From Azolla caroliniana (taxonomy: Eukaryota; Plantae; Polypodiophyta): 64,000 bases of DNA. The stretch is taken from positions 15,376,001 to 15,440,000 of the forward strand of contig JBHGNT010000018.1 of NCBI GenBank assembly GCA_043228905.1. Reading direction: 5' to 3'. The position numbers and the translations under genes are program-made. The notes under the pieces are model-generated. The model was not told the DNA's origin. It was given only the letters and a program-made list of their open reading frames with translations, and did no database searches. How positions within the stretch are numbered: the stretch's first letter is position 1; each line of letters begins with the position of its first letter. Below are positions 41,240-55,130 of this stretch, in pieces.

Positions 41240-44200
41240 ATGTGGGTATATGTTTTCCTGATCATCTTCATTTGACCATTAGTGGTCATGCTTAAGTTGA
41301 ATCAAAACCTTTTGCGCGCTAAACAATCAAATATATATAACAATTAACACGATAGCAATTTACAAGATGAGGCCTTGGTTGCCAAGAATACATGAACCCT
41401 ATCTAATCTCTCTCACCAATTATGAACTAAACGAAGACGTTCCTAGGAAAGGACCGTCAGAAATCTTATTGACAAGGTCACATAAACAAATCAAAAATTA
41501 ACTTTTTCCCTCACCATTCCATGGCCTCACCCGGGGTCGAACCGGAGACCTTCAGTGTGTTAAACTGATGTGATAACCATCTACACCATGAGACCTAGTA
41601 AGGTTAACAAAACTTTGAGTCCTTTAGCAAATGCGGAATATTTAAATTATGAGTAGAACAAAATTGTTCATGGTAGCGAAAACTTGAATATTCAAAACAA
41701 GTAATGTAATCAAAAGCCACATTATCTAAGAATTGAATAACCCTATTTATGCTTTTCCAAAGGTATTGAAACAAGACCACTTAAATATACATAACTACTA
41801 ATGTAATCAAAAGCCACACTATCTAAGAATTGAATAACCCTATTTATGCTTTTTCCAAATGTATTGAAACAAGACCGTAAATGTGGAAGCCCATACTATA
41901 GTGACCGATAATTGCAAGGACCAAGATAGACTCCCATGGCCCCGCTCGGGCTTGAACCGGAGACCTTCAATGTGTAAGACTAATGTGTTGACCATCTACA
42001 CCACGAGACCATGTGGGTATATGTTTTCCTGATCATCTTCTTTTGACCATTAGTGGTCATGATTAAGTTGAATCCAAACCTTTCGCGCGCTAAACAATCA
42101 AATATATATAACAATTAAAACGATAGCAAAGGATTGAATAACCCTATTTATGCTTTTTCCAAATGTATTGAAATACAACAGTCAATGTGGTAGCACATCC
42201 TATAGTGACAGATAATTACCAGGACCAACATACACTCCCATGGCCCCGCCCGGGCTTAAACCGGAGACCTTAAGTGTGTAAGACTGATGTGATGACCATC
42301 TACACCATGAGACCATGTCGGTATATGTTTTCCTGATCATCTTCATTTGACCATTTGTGTTCATGCTTAAGTTGAATCAAAACCTTTTACGCGCTAAACA
42401 ATCAAATATATATAACAATTAAAACGATAACAATTTACAAGATGAGGCCTTGGCTACTAAGAATACATGAATCCTATCTAATCTCTCTCACCAATTATGA
42501 AATAAACGAAGACATGTCGGGGAAAGGACCATCATAAATATTATTCACCAGGTCACATAAACAAATCGAAAATTAACTTTTTCCCTCAGCAATCCATGGC
42601 CTCACCCGGGGTCGAACCGTTGACCTTTAGTGTGTTAGACTGATCTGATAACCATCTACACCATGAGACCTAGTGAGGTTACCAAAACTTTGAGTCCTTT
42701 AGCAAACGCGGAATCTTTAAAATATGAGTAGAACAAAATAATTCATGGTAGCGAAAACTTGACTATTCATAACGAGTAATGTAATCAAAAGCCACACTAT
42801 CTAAGAATTGAATAACCCTATTTATGCTTTTTCCTAATATATTGAAACAAGACCGTCAATGTGTAAGCCAATCCTATAGTGACCGATAATTGCCAGGACC
42901 AAGATAGACTCCCATGGCCACGCCAGGGCTTGAACCGGAAACCTTCAGTGTGTAAAACTGATGTGATGACCATCTACACCACGAGACCATGTGGGTATAT
43001 GTTTTGTTGATCATCTTCGTTTGACCATTACTGCTCATGCTTAAGTTGAATCAAAACCTTTTGCGCGCTAGACAATCAAATATATATAACAATTAACACG
43101 ATAGCAATTTACAAGATGAGGCCTTGGTTGCCAAGAATACATGAACCCTATCTAATCTCTCTCACCAATTATGAACTAAACAAAACGTTGTCCGGGAAAG
43201 GACCGTCAGAAATATTATTGACAAGGTCACATAAACAAATCAAAAATTAACTTTTTCCCTCACCATTCCATGGCCTCACCCGGGGTAGAACCGAAGACCT
43301 TTAATGTGTTAGACTTATGTGATAACGATCTACACCATGAGACCTAGTGAGGTTAACAAACTTTGAGTCCTTTAGCAAACGCGGAATATTTCAAATATGA
43401 GTAGAACAAAATCTTTCATGGTAACGAAAACTTGAATGTTCATAACGAGTAATGTAATCAAAAGCCACACTATCTAAGAATTGAATAACCCTATTTATGC
43501 TTTTTCCAAATATATTGAAAAAAGACCGTCAATGTGTAAGCCAATTGTTCATGGTAACGAAAACTTGAATATTCATAACGAGTAATGTAATCAAAAGCCA
43601 CACTATCTAAGAATTGAATAACCTTATTTATGCTTTTTCCAAATATATTGAAACAAGACCGTCAATGTGTAAGCCAATCCTATAGTGACCGATAATTGCC
43701 AGGACCAAGTTAGACTCCCATGGCCCCGCCCTGGCTTGAACCAGAGACCTTCAGTGTGTAAGACTGATGTGATGACCATCTACACCATGAGACCATGTGG
43801 GTATAGGTTTTGCTGATCATCTTCGTTTGACCATAAGTGGTCATGCTTTAGTTGAATCAAAACCTTTTGCGCGCTAAACAATCAAATATGTATAACAATT
43901 AACACGATAGCAATTTACAAGATCAGGCTTTGGTTGCCAAGAATACATGAACCCTATCTAATCTCTCTCACCAATTATGAACTAAACGAAGAAGTGTCCG
44001 GGAAAGGACAGTCAGAAATATTATTGACAAGGTCATATAAAAAAATTAAAAATTAAGTTTTTCCCTCACTATTCCATGGCCTCAACCGGGTCGAACCGGA
44101 GACCTTCAATGGGTTAGACTGATGTGATAACCATCTACACCATGAGACCTAGTGAGGTTAACAAAACTTTGAGTCCTTTAGCAAACGCGGAATATTTAAA

Positions 44201-45057
44201 ATATGAGTAGAACAAAATTGTTCATGGTAGCGAAAACTTGAATATTCATAACGAGTAATGTAATCAAAAGTTACACTATCTAAGATTTGAATAACCCTAT
44301 TTATGCTTTTTCCTAATATATTGAAACAAGACAGTCAATGTGGAAGCCAATCCTATAGTGACAGATCATTGCCAGGACCAAGATAGACTCCCATGGCCCC
44401 GCCCAGGCTTGAACCGGAGACCTTCAGTGTGTAAAAGTGATGTGATGACCATCTACAGCACGACACCATATGAGTATATGTTTTCCAGATCATCTTTCTT
44501 TGACCATTAGTGGTCATGCTTAATTTGAATCAAAACCTTTTGCGCGCTAAACAATCAAATATATATAACAATTAACACGATAGCAATTTACAAGATGAGG
44601 CCTTTGGTGCCAAAACTACATGAACCCTATCTAATCTCTCTCACCAATTATGAACTAAACGAAGGACGTGTCCGGAAAAGGACCGTTAGAAATCTTATTG
44701 ACAAGGTCACATAAACAAATCAAAAATTAGCTTTTTCCCTCACCATTCCATGGCCTCACCCTGGGTCGAAACGGAGACCTTTAGTGTGTTAGACTGATGT
44801 GATAACCATCTTCATCATGAAACCTAATGAAGCTAACAAAACTTTGAAACCTTTACCAAAGCTGGAATATTGAAAATATAAGTAGAACGGAATAGTTCAT
44901 GGTAGCGAACACTTAAATATGTATAACTAGTAATGTAATCAAAGGATTGAATAACTCTGTTTATGCTTTTTCCAAATGTATTGAAATAAGACATCATCAA
45001 TGTGCAAGCCAATCCTATAGTGATTGTTAATTGCAGGGACCAAGATAGACTTCCATG

Positions 45058-45660
45058 TGTTGGGATTACGGTCCCTTTCGGATGGGATGGTCGGATATCG
45101 GAGATGAATGCCGACAAGCCCGGTTTCGGTTTCGGAACCGGATGATGAAGACCCCGGCTTCGGAGCCGGATGACGAATGTACCCGGAGCGAGATCCGGAT
45201 GCGGGGACATATCTGTGAATATGTTTGCAAAGGGCCCTTGAGGCTATAGTTGTAAATAGCCCCAAAGTCATATGTGTATAAATATGACTTAGGGCAAACA
45301 GTTTTGATGTTGCTACTCATTTTTCTGTTTTTCCACTCAAGAGGAGTGAAGAGAGAGCAGCCGTGAGAGAGATAGAGCGTGAGAGAGGAGGAGGTCGACG
45401 CCTCTGTGTATTTCCGCCGCCTATGGCGAGGACAACGAGCTCAAGGTCGTCGCCTTGCAGCTCGCCATTGTATATTTCTCTGTGCATAGTTTTGGTTGGA
45501 GTCTTGTACTCCCGTGGTTTTTTCCCGTCTAGGGTTTTCCACGTTAATCCCTGTGTATTCGTGTTCTTTCTCTGTGGTTCCTATTTTCTGCTGCATTGAT
45601 TCGTGCTTACTCGGTTGTGGCCGAGTGGTGAAGGTTAATCGGAGCGTCGATTCCTCTACA
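45058..45660 (+). mobile_element. Solo LTR related to the 27355 Copia LTR, inserted at the 3' end of a tRNA-Val(TAC) copy
   Basis: TG...CA termini and perfect TSD CCATG. Shares ggtccct..cggatggga and tataaatatgacttagggcaaac with the Copia LTRs. Confidence 0.92.
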
Positions 45661-47605
45661 CCATGGCCCCGCCTGAGCTTGAACCGAACACCTTTAGTTT
45701 GTAAGACTGATGTGATGACCATCTACACGACGAGACCTTGTGCATATATGTTTTCCTAATCATCTTGCTTTGACCATTAGTGGTCACGCTTAAATTGAAT
45801 CAAAACCATTCGCAAGCTAAACAATCAATTATATATAAGAATTAACACGATAGCAAGTTACAAGATGACGCCTTGGTTGCCAACAATGCATGAACCCTAT
45901 CTAATCTCTGTCACCAATTATGAACTGAACGAAGACGTGTTCGAGAAAAGGGCCGTCAAAAATCTTATTGACAAGGTCAAACAAACAAATCAAAAATTAA
46001 CTCTTTCCGTTACCATTCCATGGCTTCATCCAAGGTCCAACCGGAGAGTGTGTTAGACTGATGTGATAACCATCTACACCATCAGACCTAGTGAGGTTAA
46101 CAAAGCTTTGAATCCTTTAGCAAAGGCGAAATATTTAAAATATTAGTAGAATAGAATTGTTCATGGTTGCGAAAACTTAAATATTCATAACAAGGAATGT
46201 AATCAAAAGCCACACTCTCAAAGAATTGAATAAACATATTTATGCTTTTTCCAAATGTATTGAAACAAGACCACTTGAATATGCATAACTACTAATGTAA
46301 TCAAAAGCCACACTATCTAAGAATTGAATAACCCTATTTATGCTTTTTCCAAATGTATTGAAACAAGACCGTCAATGTGGAAGCCAATCCTAAAGTGACC
46401 AATAACTGCCAGCACCAAGGTAAAATCCCATGGCCCCGCCCGGGCTTGAACCGAAGATCTTCAGTGTGTAAGACTGATGTGATAACTACCTACACCACGA
46501 GACCATGTGGATATATGTTTTGCTGATCAATCATCGTTTGACCATTAGTGACCATGCTTAAGTTGAATCAAAACCCTTTCCGCGGTAAACAATCAAATAT
46601 ATAAAACAATTAACACGATAGCAATTTACAAGATGAGGCCTTGGTTGCCGAGAATACATGAAACCTATCTAATCTCTCTCACCAATTATGAAATGAACGA
46701 AGACATGTCCGGGAAAGGACCGTCAAAAATCTTATTGACAAGGTCACATAAACAAATCAAAAATTAACTTTTTCCCTCACCATTCCATGGCCTCACCCGG
46801 TGTCGAACCGGAGAGCTTCAGTCTGTTAGACTGATGTGATAACCATCTACATCATGAAACCTAGTGAAGCTAACAAAACTTTGAAACCTTTAGCGAAGGT
46901 GGAATATTGAAAATATAAGTAGAACGGAATATGTATAACTAATAATGTAATCAAAGGATTGAATAACCCTATTTATGCTTTTTCCAAATGTATTGAAATA
47001 AGACATCGTGAATGTGGTAGCCAATCATATAGTGATCGTTAATTGCAGAGACCAACATAGACTCCCATGGCCCCGCCCGAAAGGTAGCAAAACTTGATTA
47101 TTCAAAACGAGTAATGTAACCAAAAGCCACACTATCTAAGAATTGAATAACCTTATTTATGCTTTTTCCAAATATATTGAAACAAGACCGTCAATGTGTA
47201 AGCCAATCCTATAGTGACCGATAATTGCCAGGACCAAGATAGACTCCCATGGCCCCGCCCGGGCTTCAACCGGAGACCTTCAGTGTGTAAGACTGATGTG
47301 ATGACCATCTACACCACGAGACCATGTGGGTATATGTTTTCCTGATCATCTTCTTTTAACCATTAGTGGTCATGCTTAAGTTGAATCAAAACCTTTTGCG
47401 CGCTAAACAATCATATATATATAACAATTAACACGATAGCAATTTACAAGATGAGGCCTTGGTTGCCAAGAATACATGAACCCTATCTAATCTCTCTCAC
47501 CAATTATGAACTAAACGAAGAAGTGTACAGGAAAGGACAGTCAGAAATATTATTGACAAGGTCACATAAAAAAATCAAAAATTAAATTTTTCCCTCACCA
47601 TTCCA

Positions 47606-47679
47606 TGGCCTCACCCGGGGTCGAACCGGAGACCTTCAGTGTGTTAGACTGATGTGATAACCATCTACACCATGAGACC
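47606..47679 (-). tRNA. trnV-AAC: tRNA-Val(AAC)
   Basis: Intact consensus array copy. Confidence 0.9.
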
Positions 47680-47923
47680 TAGTGAGGTTAACAAAACTTT
47701 GAGTCATTTAGCAAACGCGGAATATTTAAAAGATTAGTAGAACAAAATTGTTAATGGTAGCGAAAACTTTAATATTCAAAACAAGTAATGTAACCAAAAG
47801 CCACACTATCTAAGAATTGAATAACCTTATTTATGCTTTTCCCGATTATATTGAAACAAGACTGTCAATGTGTAAGCCAATCCTATAGTGACCGATAATT
47901 GCCAGGACCAAGATAGACTCCCA

Positions 47924-47997
47924 TGGCCCCACCCGGGCTTGAACCGGAGACCTTCAGTGTGTAAGACTGATGTGATGACCATCTACACCACGAGACC
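47924..47997 (-). tRNA. trnV-TAC: tRNA-Val(TAC)
   Basis: Intact array copy. Confidence 0.85.
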
Positions 47998-48279
47998 ATG
48001 TGGGTATATGTTTTGCTGATCATCTTCTTTTAACCATTAGTGGTCATGCTTAAGTTGAATCAAAACCTTTTGCGCGCTAAACAATCATATATATATAACA
48101 ATTAACACAATAGCAATTTACAAGATGAGGCCTTGGTTGCCAAAAATACATGAACCCTATCTAATCTCTCTCACCAATTATGAACTAAACGAAGAAGTGT
48201 GCGGGAAAGGACAGTAAGAAATATTATTGACAAGATCACATAAACAAATCAGAAATTAAATTTTTCCCTCACCATTCCA

Positions 48280-48353
48280 TGGCCTCACCCGGGGTCGAAC
48301 CGGAGACCTTCAGTGTGTTAGACTGATGTGATAACCATCTACACCATGAGACC
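48280..48353 (-). tRNA. trnV-AAC: tRNA-Val(AAC)
   Basis: Intact consensus array copy. Confidence 0.9.
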
Positions 48354-48597
48354 TAGTGAGGTTAACAAAACTTTGAGTCCTTTAGCAAACGCGGAATATT
48401 TAAAAGATTAGTAGAACAAAATTGTTAATGGTAGCGAAAACTTTAATATTCAAAACGAGTAATGTAACCAAAAGCCACACTATCTAAGAATTGAATAACC
48501 TTATTTATGCTTTTTCCAAATATATTGAAACAAGACCGTCAATGTGTAAGCCAATCCTATAGTGACCGATAATTGCCAAGACCAAGATAGACTCCCA

Positions 48598-48671
48598 TGG
48601 CCCCGCCCGGGCTTGAACCGGATGCCTTCAGTGTGTGAGACTCATGTGATGACCATCTACACCACGAGACC
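48598..48671 (-). tRNA. Variant tRNA-Val with CAC anticodon, probably impaired
   Basis: Anticodon arm reads TGAGT-CTCACAC-ACTGA, with one stem mismatch. Confidence 0.55.
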
Positions 48672-48953
48672 ATGTGGGTATATGTTTTCCTGATCATCTT
48701 CTTTTAACCATTAGTGGTCATGCTTAAGTTGAATCAAAACCTTTTGCGCGCTAAACAATCATATATATATAACAATTAACACGATAGCAATTTACAAGAT
48801 GAGGCCTTGGTTGCCGAGAATACATGAACCCTATCTAATATCTCTCACCAATTATGAACTAAACGAAGAAGTGTGCAGGAAAGGACAGTAAGAAATATTA
48901 TTGACAAGATCACATAAACAAATCAAAAATTAAATTTTTCCCTCACCATTCCG

Positions 48954-49027
48954 TGGCCTCACCCGGGGTCGAACCGGAGACCTTCAGTGTGTTAGACTGA
49001 TGTGATAACCATCTACACCATGAGACC
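48954..49027 (-). tRNA. trnV-AAC: tRNA-Val(AAC)
   Basis: Intact consensus array copy. Confidence 0.9.
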
Positions 49028-49271
49028 TAGTGAGGTTAACAAAACTTTGAGTCCTTTAGCAAACGTGGAATATTTAAAAGATTAGTAGAACAAAATTGTT
49101 AATGGTAGCGAAAACTTTAATATTCAAAACGAGTAATGTAACCAAAATCCACACTATCTAAGAATTGAATAACCTTATTTATGCTTTTTCCAAATATATT
49201 GAAACAAGACCGTCAATGTGTAAGCCAATCGTATAGTGTCCGATAATTGCCAGGACCAAGATAGACTCCCA

Positions 49272-49345
49272 TGGCCCCGCCCGGGCTTGAACCGGAGACC
49301 TTCAGTGTGTAAGACTGATGTGATGACCATCTACACCACGAGACC
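49272..49345 (-). tRNA. trnV-TAC: tRNA-Val(TAC)
   Basis: GGTCTCGTGGTGTAGATGGTCATCACATCAGTCTTACACACTGAAGGTCTCCGGTTCAAGCCCGGGCGGGGCCA. Confidence 0.88.
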
Positions 49346-50300
49346 ATGTGGGTATATGTTTTCCTGATCATCTTCATTTGACCATTAGTGGTCATGCTTA
49401 AGTTGAATCAAAACCTTTTGCGCGCTAAACAATCAAATATATATAACAATTAACACGATAGCAATTTACAAGATGAGGCCTTCGTTGCGAAGAATACATG
49501 AACCCTATCTAATCTCTCTCACCAATTATGAACTAAACAAAACGTTGTCCGGGAAAAGACCGTCAGAAATATTATTGACAAGGTCACATAAACAAATCGA
49601 AAATTAACTTTTTCCCTCACCAGTCCATGGCCTCACTCGGGGTCGAACCGGAGACCTTCAGTATGTTAAACTGATGTGATAACCATCTACACCATGAGAC
49701 CTAGTGAGGTTAACAAAACTTTGAGTCCTTTAGCAAACGCGGAATATTTAAAATTTGAGTAGAAGAAATTTGTTCAGGGTAGCGAAAACTTGAATATTCA
49801 TAACGAGTAATGTAATCAAAAGCCACACTATCTAAGAATTGAATAACCCTATTTATGCTTTTCCCTAATATATTGAAACAAGACCGTCAATGTGTAAGCC
49901 AATCCTATAGTGACCGATGATTGCCAGGACCAAGATAGACATCCTTGGCCACGCCCGGCCTTGAACCGGAGACCTTCAGTGTGTAAGACTGATGTGATGA
50001 CCATCTACACCACGAGACCATGTGGGTATATGTTTTCCTGATCATCTTCGTTTGACCATTACTAGTCATGCTTAAGTTGAATCAAACCTTTTGCGCGCTA
50101 AACAATCAAATATATATAACAATTAACACGATAGCAATTTACAAGATGAGGCCTTGGTTGTCAAGAATACATGAACCCTATCTAATCTCTCTCACCAATT
50201 ATGAACTAAACGAAGAAGTGTGCAGGAAAGGACAGTCAGAAATATTATTGACAAGGTCACATAAACAAATCAAAAATTAAATTTTTCCCTCACCATTCCA

Positions 50301-50374
50301 TGGCCTCACCCGGGGTCGAACCGGAGACCTTCAGTGTGTTAGACTGATGTGATAACCATCTACACCATGAGACC
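50301..50374 (-). tRNA. trnV-AAC: tRNA-Val(AAC)
   Basis: Intact consensus array copy. Confidence 0.9.
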
Positions 50375-50974
50375 TAGTGAGGTTAACAAAACTTTGAGTC
50401 CTTTAGCAAACGCGGAATATTTAAAAGATTAGTAGAACAAAATTGTTAATGGTAGCGAAAACTTTAATATTCAAAACGAGTAATGTAACCAAAAGCCACA
50501 CTATCTTAGAATTGAATAACCTTATTTATGCTTTTTCCAAATATATTGAAACAAGACCGTCAATGTGTAAGCCAATCCTATAGTGACCGATAATTGCCAG
50601 GACCAAGATAGACTCCCATGGCCACGCCCTGGCTTGAACCGGAGACCTTCAGTGTGTAAGACTGATGTGATGACCATCTACACCACGAGACCATGTGGGT
50701 ATATGTTTTCCTGATCATCTTCTTTTAACCATTAGTGGTCATGCTTAAGTTGAATCAAAACGTTTTGCGCGCTAAACAATCATATATATATAACAATTAA
50801 CACAATAGCAATTTACAAGATGAAGCCTTGGTTGCCAAGAATACATGAACCCTATCTAATCTCTCTCACCAATTATGAACTAAACGAAGAAGTGTGCAGC
50901 AAAGGACAGTAAGAAATATTATTGACAAGGTCACATAAACAAATCAAAAATTAAATTTTTCCCTCACCATTCCA

Positions 50975-51048
50975 TGGCCTCACCCGGGGTCGAACCGGAG
51001 ACCTTCAGTGTGTTAGACTGATGTGATAACCATCTACACCATGAGACC
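50975..51048 (-). tRNA. trnV-AAC: tRNA-Val(AAC)
   Basis: Intact consensus array copy. Confidence 0.9.
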
Positions 51049-52298
51049 TAGTGAGGTTAACAAAACTTTGAGTCCGTTAGTAAACGCGGAATATTTAAAA
51101 GATTAGTAGAACAAAATTGTTAATGGTAGCGAAAACTTTAATATTCAAAACGAGTAATGTAACCAAAAGCCACACTATCTAAGAATTGAATAACCTTATT
51201 TATGCTTTTCCAAATATATTGAAACAAGACCGTCAATGTGTAAGCCAATCGTATAGTGTCCGATAATTGCCAGGACCAAGATAGACTCCCATGACCCCGC
51301 CCGGGCTTGAACCGGAGACCTTCAGTGTGTAAGACTGATGTGATGACCATCTACACCACCAGACCATGTGGGTATATGTTTTCCTGATCATCTTCGTTTG
51401 ACCATTAGTGGTCATGCTTAAGTTGAATCAAAACCTTTTGCGCGCTAAACAATCAAATATATATAACAATTAACACGATAGCAATTTACAAGATGAGGCC
51501 TTCGTTGCCAAGAATACATGAACCCTATCTAATCTCTCTCACCAATTATGAACTAAACGAAGAAGTGTCCCGGAAAGGACCGTCAGAAATATTATTGACA
51601 AGGTCATATAAACAAATTAAAAATTAACTTTCTCCCGGGGTCGAACCGGAGACCTTCAGTGTGTTAGACTGATGTGATAACCATCTACACCATGAGACCT
51701 AGTGAGGTTAACAAAACTTTGAGTCCTTTAGCAAACGCGGAATATTTAAAATTTGAGTAGAAGAAATTTGTTCAGGGTAGCGAAAACTTGAATATTCATA
51801 ACGAGTAATGTAATCAAAAGCCACACTATCTAAGAATTGAATAACCCTATTTATGCTTTTCCCTAATATATTGAAACAAGACCGTCAATGTGTAAGCCAA
51901 TCCTATAGTGACCGATGATTGCCAAGACCAAGATAGACTTCCTTGGCCCGGCCCGGGCTTGAACCGGAGACCTTCAGTGTGTAAGACTGATGTGATGACC
52001 ATCTACACCACGAGACCATGTGGGTATATGTTTTCCTGATCATCTTCGTTTGACCATTACTAGTCATGCTTAAGTTGAATCAAACCTTTTGCGCGCTAAA
52101 CAATCAAATATATATAACAATTAACACGATAGCAATTTACAAGATGAGGCCTTGGTTGTCAAGAATACATGAACCCTATCTAATCTCTCTCACCAATTAT
52201 GAACTAAACGAAGAAGTGTGCAGGAAAGGACAGTCAGAAATATTATTGACAAGGTCACATAAACAAATCAAAAATTAAATTTTTCCCTCACCATTCCA

Positions 52299-52372
52299 TG
52301 GCCTCACCCGGGGTCGAACCGGAGACCTTCAGTGTGTTAGACTGATGTGATAACCATCTACACCATGAGACC
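52299..52372 (-). tRNA. trnV-AAC: tRNA-Val(AAC)
   Basis: Intact consensus array copy. Confidence 0.9.
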
Positions 52373-54383
52373 TAGTGAGGTTAACAAAACTTTGAGTCCT
52401 TTAGCAAACGCGGAATATTTAAAAGATTAGTAGAACAAAATTGTTAATGGTAGCGAAAACTTTAATATTCAAAACGAGTAATGTAACCAAAAGCCACACT
52501 ATCTTAGAATTGAATAACCTTATTTATGCTTTTTCCAAATATATTGAAACAAGACCGTCAATGTGTAAGCCAATCCTATAGTGACCGATAATTGCCAGGA
52601 CCAAGATAGACTCCCATGGCCACGCCCTGGCTTGAACCGGAGACCTTCAGTGTGTAAGACTGATGTGATGACCATCTACACCACGAGACCATGTGGGTAT
52701 ATGTTTTCCTGATCATCTTCTTTTAACCATTAGTGGTCATGCTTAAGTTGAATCAAAACGTTTTGCGCGCTAAACAATCATATATATATAACAATTAACA
52801 CAATAGCAATTTACAAGATGAGGCCTTGGTTGCCAAGAATACATGAACCCTATCTAATCTCTCTCACCAATTATGAACTAAACGAAGAAGTGTGCAGCAA
52901 AGGACAGTAAGAAATATTATTGACAAGGTCACATAAACAAATCAAAAATTAAATTTTTCCCTCACCATTCCATGGCCTCACCCGAGGTCGAACCGGAGAC
53001 CTTCAGTGTGTTAGACTGATGTGATAACCATCTACACCATGAGACCTAGTGAGGTTAACAAAACTTTGAGTCCGTTAGTAAACACGGAATATTTAAAAGA
53101 TTAGTAGAACAAAATTGTTAATGGTAGCGAAAACTTTAATATTCAAAACGAGTAATGTAACCAAAAGCCACACTATCTAAGAATTGAATAACCTTATTTA
53201 TGCTTTTCCAAATATATTGAAACAAGACCGTCAATGTGTAAGCCAATCGTATAGTGTCCGATAATTGCCAGGACCAAGATAGACTCCCATGGCCCCGTCC
53301 GGGCTTGAACCGGAAACCTTCAGTGTGTAAGACTCATGTGATGACCATCTACACCACGAGACCATGTGGGTATATGTTTTCCTGATCATCTTCATTTGAC
53401 CATTAGTGGTCATGCTTAAGTTGAATCAAAACCTTTTGCGCGCTAAACAATCAAATATATATAACAATTAACACGATAGCAATTTACAAGATGAGGCCTT
53501 CGTTGCGAAGAATACATGAACCCTATCTAATCTCTCTCACCAATTATGAACTAAACAAAACGTTGTCCGGGAAGAATACATGAACCCTATCTAATCTCTC
53601 TCACCAATTATGAACTAAACAAAACGTTGTCCGGGAAAAGACCGTCAGAAATATTATTGACAAAGTCACATAAACAAATCGAAAATTAACTTTTTCCCTC
53701 ACCAGTCCATGGCCTCACTCGGGGTCGAACCGGAGACCTTCAGTATGTTAAACTGATGTGATAACCATCTACACCATGAGACCTAGTGAGGTTAACAAAA
53801 CTTTGAGTCCTTTAGCAAATGCGGAATATTTAAAAGATTAGTAGAACAAAATTGTTAATGGTAGCGAAAACTTTAATATTCAAAACGAGTAATGTAACCA
53901 AAAGCCACACTATCTTAGAATTGAATAACCTTATTTATGCTTTTTCCAAATATATTGAAACAAGACCGTCAATGCGTAAGCCAATCCTATAGTGACCGAT
54001 AATTGCCAGGACCAAGATAGACTCCCATGGCCACGCGCTGGCTTGAACCGGAGACCTTCAGTGTGTAAGACTGATGTGATGACCATCTACACCACGAGAC
54101 CATGTGGGTATATGTTTTCCTGATCATCTTCTTTTAACCATTAGTGGTCATGCTTAAGTTGAATCAAAACGTTTTGCGCGCTAAACAATCATATATATAT
54201 AACAATTAACACGATAGCAATTTACAAGATGAGGCGTTGGTTGCCAAGAATACATGAACCGTATCTAATCTCTCTCACCAATTATGAACTAAACGAAGAA
54301 GTGTGCAGCAAAAGACAGTAAGAAATATTATTGACAAGGTCACATAAACAAATCAAAAATTAAATTTTTCCCTCACCATTCCA

Positions 54384-54457
54384 TGGCCTCACCCGGGGTC
54401 GAACCGGAGACCTTCAGTGTGTTAGACTGATGTGATAACCATCTACACCATGAGACC
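54384..54457 (-). tRNA. trnV-AAC: tRNA-Val(AAC)
   Basis: Intact consensus array copy. Confidence 0.9.
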
Positions 54458-55056
54458 TAGTGAGGTTAACAAAACTTTGAGTCCGTTAGTAAACGCGGAA
54501 TATTTAAAAGATTAGTAGAACAAAATTGTTAATGGTAGCGAAAACTTTAATATTCAAAACGAGTAATGTAACCAAAAGCCACACTATCTAAGAATTGAAT
54601 AACCTTATTTATGCTTTTCCAAATATATTGAAACAAGACCGTCAATGTGTAAGCCAATCCTATAGTGACCGATAATTGCCAGGACCAAGATAGACTCCCA
54701 TGGCCCCGCCCTGGCTTGAACCGGAGACCTTTAGTGTGTAAGACTGATGTGATGACCATCTACACCACGAGACCATGTGGGTATATGTTTTCCTGATCAT
54801 CTTCTTTTAACCATTAGTGGTTATGCTTAAGTTGAATCAAAACGTTTTGCGCGCTAAACAATCATATATATATAACAATTAACACAATAGCAATTTACAA
54901 GATGAGGCCTTGGTTACCCAGAATACATGAACCCTATCTAATCTCTCTCACCAATTATGAACTAAACGAAGAAGTGTGCAGGAAAGGACAGTAAGAAATA
55001 TTATTGACAAGATCACATAAACAAATCAAAAATTAAATTTTTCCCTCACCATTCCA

Positions 55057-55130
55057 TGGCCTCACCCGGGGTCGAACCGGAGACCTTCAGTGTGTTAGAC
55101 TGATGTGATAACCATCTACACCATGAGACC
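55057..55130 (-). tRNA. trnV-AAC: tRNA-Val(AAC)
   Basis: Intact consensus array copy. Confidence 0.9.
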
